From positions 14,283-78,282 of the forward strand of contig CAXTLR010000014.1 of NCBI GenBank assembly GCA_964245195.1: 64,000 bases of DNA. Direction: 5' to 3'. How positions within the stretch are numbered: the stretch's first letter is position 1; every line of letters starts with the position of its first letter. A model generated the notes under the pieces. It made no database searches, was not told the DNA's origin, and saw only the letters and a program-made list of their open reading frames with translations. The position numbers were made by a program, and so were the translations under genes. Below are positions 57,347 to 64,000 of this stretch, in pieces. This DNA comes from an uncultured Acidobacteriaceae bacterium. Lineage in GTDB: Bacteria > Acidobacteriota > Terriglobia > Terriglobales > Acidobacteriaceae.

Positions 57347-58846
57347 CTATGTTCCGCAGAATGTGGCGGTGACGCGTTGCTCAGGGCGAGCAGGGATAGC
57401 GTATTGCTCGCTACCCGGGCGGTCCTCGAAGGGGCGCAGCACGACACTCAGCAGATCCTCAAAGGGCTGAAACTCCTGCCGCTCGACGGCGGCGGTGATC
57501 GCCGCTTCGACCAGGTGGTTGCGCGGAATGAACAGCGGATTTGCTTTCTGCATCAACCTTGCGCGTTCCTGGGCCGAGCCCGGCTCTTCCGCCAGACGCT
57601 GACGCCATTGCTTTGCCCACTCGTCGAAGGCTACGGGGTCGGTGAAGAGTTCGCCTGTCTTCGCGTCGCCGTCCAGGCCGGCAGCGGCCTCGCACAGGCG
57701 GCGGAAGGTGAGGGTAAAGTCGGCCTTGTTGGCGGCCATCCGGTCTAGCAGGTTCTCGGCGAGCGCGGCGTCTCCGTCGCGCTCGGTAAGGAATCCAAGT
57801 TTGCGGCGCATGCCAGCGAGATGAGCGAGTTCAAAGCGCGGACCGAAGGCTTCAAGCGCCTCGTACGCCCAGGCGAGGGCAGATTCCTGGGTTCCGGCTT
57901 CCTTCTCCAGGAGGGGAAGAAGGCTTTCGGCGAAGCGGGCGAGGTTCCACTGGGCAGCGTGGGGTTGGTTTGCATAGGCGTAGCGCCCCTGGCGGTCGAT
58001 GGAGCTGAAGACGCAGCGCGGGTCGAAGGCCTCCATGAAGGCGCAGGGTCCGTAGTCGATGGTTTCGCCAGAGATGGAGGTGTTGTCGGTGTTCATGACA
58101 CCGTGGATAAAGCCGAGCAGCATCCATTGGGCGACCAGTTCGGCGTGGCGGGTAACAACGCCGGTGAGCAGCGAGCGGTAGGGCGAAGCAGAGTGTTGTG
58201 CGTCTGGGTAGTGGCGGGAGATGGCGTAATCGGCTAGCGTCTGGAGGCTTTCGATGTCGTTTTTGCCGAGGAAGTACTGGAAGGTACCCACCCGTAGGTG
58301 GCTGCCGGCGACGCGGGTGAAGACGGCGCCGGGGACAGGGGTCTCGCGGTAGACGACCTCGCCGGTGGCAACGGCAGCGAGGGCGCGGGTGGTTGGGACG
58401 CCGAGGGCGGCCATGGCCTCGCTGAGGAGGTACTCGCGGAGGACGGGGCCGAGGGCGGCCCGGCCGTCGCCACGGCGGGAGAAGGGGGTGGGGCCGGAGC
58501 CCTTGAGCTGGAGGTCGTAGCGCAGGCCGTCGCGGGAGACGACCTCGCCGAGGAGGTTGGTGCGGCCGTCGCCGAGCTGGGGGACGAAGGAGCCGAACTG
58601 GTGGCCGGCGTAGGCCATGGCGAGCGGTTCGGAGCCTTCGGCGATGCGGTTGCCGGCGAGGATTTCGACGCCTTCCGGGGAGGCGAGCTGCTCGGGGTCG
58701 AGGCCCAGGGACTCAGCCAGCGGGACGTTCAGCTTGATCAGGCGCGGGGCCGCTACGCGGGTAGGCGGAAGGCGGGCGTAGAAGTGCTCCGGCAGACGAG
58801 CGTAGGTATTGTCAAAGGGAAAGCGGATAGGGGTGAGGGAACTCAT
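57347..58846 (-). CDS. selO: Protein adenylyltransferase SelO/YdiU
   Basis: YAGHQFG, QLGDGR, QLKGSGPTPFSRRGDGRA, GFIHGVMNTDN, IDYGP and C-terminal TFCGT. Confidence 0.95.
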   Translation of the reverse strand: MSSLTPIRFPFDNTYARLPEHFYARLPPTRVAAPRLIKLNVPLAESLGLDPEQLASPEGVEILAGNRIAEGSEPLAMAYAGHQFGSFVPQLGDGRTNLLGEVVSRDGLRYDLQLKGSGPTPFSRRGDGRAALGPVLREYLLSEAMAALGVPTTRALAAVATGEVVYRETPVPGAVFTRVAGSHLRVGTFQYFLGKNDIESLQTLADYAISRHYPDAQHSASPYRSLLTGVVTRHAELVAQWMLLGFIHGVMNTDNTSISGETIDYGPCAFMEAFDPRCVFSSIDRQGRYAYANQPHAAQWNLARFAESLLPLLEKEAGTQESALAWAYEALEAFGPRFELAHLAGMRRKLGFLTERDGDAALAENLLDRMAANKADFTLTFRRLCEAAAGLDGDAKTGELFTDPVAFDEWAKQWRQRLAEEPGSAQERARLMQKANPLFIPRNHLVEAAITAAVERQEFQPFEDLLSVVLRPFEDRPGSEQYAIPARPEQRVTATFCGT

Positions 58847-58878
58847 CCCCTATCTGATGATTTGCCGGGCCGATCGAA

Positions 58879-59184
58879 CTACCTCCAATAGCCCTCATGC
58901 CAGACGTGTCCACCGCGTTCGTTGCGCCAGTCGCCGGGAACCCAGACGGCGTTGGGGTGGGGCGGATGCTGGTAGGCGCCGGGGACCCAGACGTATTCGC
59001 GTCCGTCCCAGCGATGGTAGCCGGCGACCCAAACGAAGTCGCGGTGAGCGGGCGGCGGTGGGGGGACTCGCTCGACCGGGCGCGGTGGCGGTGGGCCGAT
59101 GCGAACGACGATCTGGGCGCTGGCCGAGGCGACGGTGAGCAGGACGGTAGAGGATGCGAGGAGCAGGGTTTGTTTCAGGTTCAT
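58879..59184 (-). CDS. YXWGXW (WXXGXW) repeat secreted protein
   Basis: Signal peptide and repeats WVAGYHRW, WVPGAY, WVPGDW and WHEGYW. Start at ATG 59184 after GGAGG. Confidence 0.88.
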   Translation of the reverse strand: MNLKQTLLLASSTVLLTVASASAQIVVRIGPPPPRPVERVPPPPPAHRDFVWVAGYHRWDGREYVWVPGAYQHPPHPNAVWVPGDWRNERGGHVWHEGYWR

Positions 59185-59453
59185 GGTTCCTCCGTTCGAG
59201 GGTACAGACGCGGGGTGAGGGAGGAAGTTGTGGGGTAGGGAAGCGTTTGGGGCTGGGTGGAGCTGGGCTGGTTTACGGAGAAAATGAGACGTGAGCCTTC
59301 GGCGGAACGGGAGCGCCGGAGGCAAACTATTGCGGTGCGGGCTGTTTCAGCATTCCCTCTAAGCTTCCTCTTGTTTGATTTTCGATACTGTCATAGAATT
59401 TCACTCGGATCGATCCCATACAAGTTCATGGCCCTTGTTTTAGGAGGCTTCGA

Positions 59454-60209
59454 GTGAAAGCGTCTTTCTATTCATTCCTGCTTTTGTTAGCTACTCTCCC
59501 TGCTGGTGCCCAGGCTTCACTGGATCAGGCAATTGCGGGAAAGTTCCCGCTGACCAAGGCTACGGCAGATCGCACGGACATCGTTACTGCAGGCTCGGTA
59601 ATGGATCTGAAGAAGGATGGCTTGCTGATGTTTGCCATCAACTCGTCGGCAAGGGCGAATCTGGTCTACAAGGATGGCCAGCTTCAACCGACCGCAAGTA
59701 CAAAGATGAGTGCCTTCGGGTTTATGGGGCACAGCACCGGCGTTGTTAGACGTACCTTTGTGGCCGGAGAGAAAATTTGGCTGATTGACGTGCAGCAGGC
59801 CAATGATGGGGTAACGCTGCAGTTTCTGAGCGACGCCATCCAGGACGTGCGCTACATGGCGTCGGTGAAGATTCCATTCCCCAAAGGCACGACCTCCTCG
59901 GCAGACCAGGTCCTCGGACAAGTGTCCCAGGTGATCAATGCCGAGGGCGGCACCGAGACGTCGGCGAAACAGCCGGCGAATGCCCCGGCACCCCCTGCGC
60001 CAGCACCGGCACCTATGGCCGCGATTCCTCCACCCCCTCCTCCTACGGACCAGGCACCACTGACGCTCGAGAAGGGCCAGACCAAGGAGCAGGTGGTGGC
60101 CGCGTTTGGCCAGCCTGCACGGGTGGTGAAGATGGGTACGAAGGAGATCGACTACTACAAGGACATGAAAGTCACGTTCATGAACAACAAGGTTTCGGCC
60201 GTCGAGTAA
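59454..60209 (+). CDS. Secreted hypothetical protein with Pro-rich linker and C-terminal SmpA/BamE-like module
   Basis: SD TAGGAGG, signal peptide, PAPAP/PPPPPP linker and terminal LEKGQTKEQVVAAFGQP...YKDMKVTFMNNKVSAVE. Confidence 0.8.
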   Translation: MKASFYSFLLLLATLPAGAQASLDQAIAGKFPLTKATADRTDIVTAGSVMDLKKDGLLMFAINSSARANLVYKDGQLQPTASTKMSAFGFMGHSTGVVRRTFVAGEKIWLIDVQQANDGVTLQFLSDAIQDVRYMASVKIPFPKGTTSSADQVLGQVSQVINAEGGTETSAKQPANAPAPPAPAPAPMAAIPPPPPPTDQAPLTLEKGQTKEQVVAAFGQPARVVKMGTKEIDYYKDMKVTFMNNKVSAVE

Positions 60210-60251
60210 CGTTTCATACTTCATACCGCAAGGGAGCTACACGGGGGAATC

Positions 60252-62078
60252 ATGCTTGAGGCAGGATCGAGAAAAACATTGCTCGTTGCGGGTGTGGCTT
60301 TTGCCGTAGCCGTACCTTGTGTGTCCCTGGAGGCGCAGACGGCGCCTGCAAAGAAAGCACCGGCGGCAGCGCCGAAAGCTGTGGCACCCCCCGCGAAGAC
60401 GCCTACGACACCCGCGACGGCAGCTAAGCCTGCCACTCCTGCCACGGCGACAGGCGCTTCTCACAGTTCGACTCCCACCACTGGAGCGACTACGGCAAAT
60501 CGTACCGCAACCACCGGTGCGGGTGCGACCACGACCACTGCCAAGACAGGGGTTACGACCAACTCCGCGTCCCCGACTACGGCCAGTGGCGGCGCGGCTG
60601 CAGGACGGGGCGTGGGCGCGCCGACAACCAACGCGGCCCGTGGAGGTCCGGCCGGAGTGGGCGGGGGTGCGGGAGCGGGTGCGCATACGGGAGGTCCAGG
60701 TGCTGCGGGAAGGCCTGCGGGAGTGGCGCATGCGATGCCCGTTGGAGCGCATGAAGTTCATAGCCCGCGCGGCGAGATGACGATGCGGCGCGACGGCCGG
60801 CCGATGGATGTGCATGCGCGAGGGATGGACATTCATCACAACCTGGGCGGCGGACGCGGAGTGATGATGGAGCGGCCGGGTGGCGGACGCATGTACTACG
60901 AGCGCGGCAGGCCGGGTTACGTTGGTCGACCCTTCATGGCGCACGGGCGCGAGTTCGAACGCAGAACGTACTACTATAACGGCCGCGCCTATGACCGTTT
61001 TTATTCGCCCTACAACTACCACGGCTATGCCCTGGCCGTGTATGCGCCGACCAGGTATTACGCGCCTGCTTATTATGGTTGGGCTTACAATCCCTGGGCG
61101 GTGCCAGTGGCTTACCAATGGGGGTTCGGGGCGGCGCCCTGGTATGGCTCGTATAACGCGTATTTCACGCCTTACCCGGTGTACAGCGCACCCTCGCTGT
61201 GGCTCACGGACTACCTCATCTCCCAGTCGCTCGCGGCACAGTACCAGGCCCAGGTCGCGGCCGGTCAAGCTGCGGCGGCGTATGCGGGGCCACCTCTTGA
61301 TCCGAACGTGAAGCAGATGGTGTCGGAGGAGGTAAAGCGGCAGATTGCTCTTGAGAACGTAGAGGCTCAGGCGAACGCGCAGCAGCAGGTGCCGGATCCA
61401 GCGTCGAGCAGTATTGCGCGCCTGCTCAGCGACGGGCAGCCGCATGTGTTTGTCGCAGGCAAGGAAGTCGATGTGGTCGACAGCTCAGGCCAGGAGTGCG
61501 CGGTGACGGACGGAGATGTTCTGCAACTGACGACGCCGCCGGGACCGAACGATACGACGGCCAACGTGGTTGTGCTCGCGAGCAAGGGAGGGAACGATTG
61601 CCGGAGAACGGCGAGCGTGGCGATTGGCCTCGATGAGCTGCAGAACATGAACAACCATATGCGGGAGACGGTGGATCAGGGTTTGCAGGATCTGCAGGCC
61701 AAGCAGGGGAAGGGCGGTCTGCCAGCGGCGCCGCCATCGACCCTGGCTCCTCCGGTGAACGCCTTGGTGGCTGAGAATGTGCCGCCACCGGACCCGAATG
61801 GCGAGAAGGAACTGACGCAGCAGGCGCAGGCTGCCGACGTTGCCGAGAAGGATGTGCTGGGTCAGGGAGCGGCGAGCGGGCCGAGTGACGGAGTTAGTGC
61901 TGCGGGACCGGTTGCGGCCCCGGCTGAAGTTTCGATCACTCCGGGAGAGACGACGGACCAGGTGACGGCCGCCATGGGAACGCCTAGCAAACGCGTGAAC
62001 ATGGGGCCGAAGCAGATCTACATTTACAAGGATATGAAGGTTACGTTTGTCAATGGGAAGGTGACGACGATCGAGTAG
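60252..62078 (+). CDS. Secreted multi-segment hypothetical protein (Thr/Ala-, Gly- and Tyr/Pro-rich) with the same C-terminal module
   Basis: Signal peptide, low-complexity tracts and terminal ITPGETTDQVTAAMGTP...YKDMKVTFVNGKVTTIE. Confidence 0.82.
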   Translation: MLEAGSRKTLLVAGVAFAVAVPCVSLEAQTAPAKKAPAAAPKAVAPPAKTPTTPATAAKPATPATATGASHSSTPTTGATTANRTATTGAGATTTTAKTGVTTNSASPTTASGGAAAGRGVGAPTTNAARGGPAGVGGGAGAGAHTGGPGAAGRPAGVAHAMPVGAHEVHSPRGEMTMRRDGRPMDVHARGMDIHHNLGGGRGVMMERPGGGRMYYERGRPGYVGRPFMAHGREFERRTYYYNGRAYDRFYSPYNYHGYALAVYAPTRYYAPAYYGWAYNPWAVPVAYQWGFGAAPWYGSYNAYFTPYPVYSAPSLWLTDYLISQSLAAQYQAQVAAGQAAAAYAGPPLDPNVKQMVSEEVKRQIALENVEAQANAQQQVPDPASSSIARLLSDGQPHVFVAGKEVDVVDSSGQECAVTDGDVLQLTTPPGPNDTTANVVVLASKGGNDCRRTASVAIGLDELQNMNNHMRETVDQGLQDLQAKQGKGGLPAAPPSTLAPPVNALVAENVPPPDPNGEKELTQQAQAADVAEKDVLGQGAASGPSDGVSAAGPVAAPAEVSITPGETTDQVTAAMGTPSKRVNMGPKQIYIYKDMKVTFVNGKVTTIE

Positions 62079-62095
62079 TCCTGGCTTGATGTGGG

Positions 62096-62131
62096 ACGAG
62101 CGGCCTTGAGGGCCGCTCGTTTTCGTTGTTT
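62096..62131 (+). terminator. Rho-independent terminator
   Basis: ACGAGCGGCC-ttgag-GGCCGCTCGT is followed by TTTCGTTGTTT, 17 bp after the 62078 stop. Confidence 0.8.
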
Positions 62132-62303
62132 ACGGTCTTCGCTGCAGCCCGCTGGTGGCTTCGCAGTTACAGAGGAGCCAGTCTTCCTTGCCGTCGAGGA
62201 GGTCGAGGGCGCGATGGATGACCTGGGCGGCGTCGGTGTCGTGTCCGCGGGCGAGTTCGCGTTGGATGCGCTGCTCGGTTTGGGGGTCGAGGGTGGGGGG
62301 CAT
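62130..62303 (-). pseudogene. Truncated ParD-like (ribbon-helix-helix) antitoxin, no toxin partner
   Basis: MPPTLDPQTEQRIQRELARGHDTDAAQVIHRALDLL resembles the ParD/CC2985 N-terminus but stops after 57 aa. A TATAAT lies 6 nt before the ATG. Confidence 0.6.
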
Positions 62304-62399
62304 AGCAGGATTATAGTGGGTCGATGCTGTTCGGCATCGAGCGTGGTTGCCTGACCGTTGAGAGGTATGCACAGCGTAGAGGACCGCGCTAAAAGCTTT

Positions 62400-64000
62400 C
62401 ATTGTTGGGTGAGTTGTAGGACCTTGGAGAAAGTCCGAAAAGCATTATGCGTCAGGGGTGGACCATTAATGCCTTTGCTAGCTCGCTTCAGTACGCCTAT
62501 GTGCAGGCATAGAGACGATCACTGACTGTTGAGATTGTTCGTCCCAAAAATAGTAAATTCTTAGGCATCGGCTTGGATCCCTGGTGTTTCCACCATTTTT
62601 TACATGCCAATCAACTGCATGTTTTTTACCCTGCCATTCAAACTCGAAAGAGTCGCTACCACAATGTGCGTTTTTGACACCTTGTTCTATCGCTCGGTCC
62701 CGCATAGAACCTTCGCCTCCCCTTAGGCGATCGGATGGATAATCGTTTGCTAGCCAAAGTAAGCACCTAGCAACCTGAGCTACATCAAGAAACTCCGGAT
62801 TTTTAACACTGCGTCGTGCTTGTGGAGTAAGCACTACACGTCCCGCTAGATTCTGATCGCACCAATCTGGAAATTCAGGCCACGACACAGGGACTCTGAT
62901 ATTCGCATCAGGTGCAACACCTGAGCTCGTTAACTGATCGGTTAATTGCTTTATGCGGAATCCAGCTGCTCTGAGTTGCGATTCAGAAGTTTCAGCACGT
63001 TCTTCAGCTTCGCGATGTAAGTCCGAGAAGTACTGCTGAAATCTTTCCGCTTCATCGACCTGAGTCTCGAGCCCACTGATCAGCTGATTCGCAACTTCCA
63101 ATTGCTCGAAGGTAGTTGCGCGTCCCTCGCGTAGCTGGACCTGCCGTTCCTCTAGACTCTTCAGACGCAAAGCGGCGAATGGAGCGATCTCGCGGCCAAG
63201 AACCAAACGTCTGATGCTCGCATTAGCAGCCATCCAGCGTAGGCGAGTCAACGCTGTATCTGCGGCTAGCGAATGTGAGGATTCACTCAATAGAACAAGC
63301 TCATGACCTCCAAATGGGTTTGCGTCTTCCGTGAAACCTTGAAGATAGATTCTTGCAGCGCCCTCATAAACCGACAGCCTCTTGCCAAAGCGTTCTGTTA
63401 AATTCCAGGTGAACTCGGACGGAAGAATGAACACAGTAGCCAACCCCGCGCATGCTTCAGCGAGAACCTTAGCATCAAGGAGTGGCTTAAAAGGATCGAC
63501 CGCTCCAGAAGGTACGGTAAGGACGATAAAGGGAAGTGTTCTCTCGACATCAATCAAAGCGCCTGTGAGCTTCTCGGCATGTTCGGCGCTCTTGATAGTT
63601 AAGGGTTTTCCAACAACTTTGAACGAACCCGATACCAGGCCAGGACGTTCAATAATTTGCCGATTAAGCCTGGTACGTGTGGCTCAATTTGCAGGGTCGG
63701 CTCGGGACTGCTAACCAGTAGTCGAGCAGTAAATTTGGGCGCCTCGTTTTCAGTCGAACTTATAACTATTTCAGTAGTCCAAATCCGACCCGCTACTGTC
63801 TTATCTGGGTCTTCAACGCGTAGAGCCCAATAATCGACGCCATCAGTCTCTAAGCGGACCGCGATGCGGCTTCTTCCGCTGGAGAGTTGTTCGAATGATG
63901 CTTGTGACCATGCTTCGGCGGGAAACTTAGCTGCTGCTTTGCTTTGTGCCCACCGAAGCACCTCTGTACTGGCGACTTTTATAGCGAGAGGCGAGTCATC
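62400..64000. mobile_element. Probable left edge of a horizontally acquired island
   Basis: Abrupt AT enrichment (hand count 24/60 G+C at 62581-62640) and a non-core gene next to a TA remnant. No integrase or att site was seen in the window. Confidence 0.4.
62478..64000 (-). pseudogene. Large hypothetical gene split by a frameshift (ORFs 63599..63961 and 62478..63557); 5' end lies outside the window
   Basis: The upstream frame is open to base 64000. The downstream frame is open from 63683. Switching frames near 63662-63667 gives contiguous ...IEPHVPGL/RQIIERPGLVSG...LIDVERTLP. Confidence 0.7.

Noticed and set aside
54624-58846. Selenoneine (senABC) cluster hypothesis because an EgtB homologue lies near 'SelO'
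   Set aside because: There is no selD or SenB glycosyltransferase. The partner gene is egtD, and this SelO ends in Cys (TFCGT) with no in-frame UGA.
59300-59345. Possible c-di-GMP-I riboswitch fragment (CCGGAGGCAAAC)
   Set aside because: The GAAA tetraloop/receptor and P1-P2 architecture could not be built.
1-64000. CRISPR array, tRNA/rRNA, transposase or integrase
   Set aside because: No regularly spaced repeats, cloverleaf or rRNA signatures, or DDE/tyrosine-recombinase motifs were seen by eye. tRNAscan, Infernal and CRISPR finders would be needed to exclude them fully.

Overview
High-GC bacterial chromosomal window. The gene content (VWFA-type protein, Oar-like TonB-dependent barrel, YXWGXW protein, N-terminally extended MreB) suggests Acidobacteriaceae/Terriglobia; this is an inference. 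Mostly core and envelope genes: two M20 hydrolases, an M13 peptidase, thrC, rpsT divergent from phoH-ybeY-corC-(csp)-era, ntrY/ntrX, ald, a lone mreB, two full-length Lhr helicase paralogues flanking a cheA-W-Y-B-R operon and cdd-pdp-nupC, kdsC, a DUF5666/TonB-like/VWA/TPR cluster, egtB-egtD and selO. It also has two secreted proteins sharing a C-terminal domain and, at the right edge, a truncated ParD-like antitoxin next to an AT-richer, frameshifted gene that runs off the window. No rRNA, tRNA, CRISPR array or transposase was seen. The best leads are: (1) the shared C-terminal 'YKDMKVTF' module on adjacent secreted proteins; (2) a REP-like hairpin family with a GGGGCACCCGGAG tail, one copy of which lies in-frame inside an Lhr gene; (3) two divergent long Lhr paralogues, one followed by an uncalled Cys-rich mini-protein; (4) the atypical TonB-like/VWA/TPR/OB-fold envelope cluster; (5) the frameshifted island-edge gene with a possible RelE-like tail; (6) orientation-independent GC-skew blocks and many apparently leaderless promoters. 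All family assignments come from motif recognition by eye; no database searches were run.
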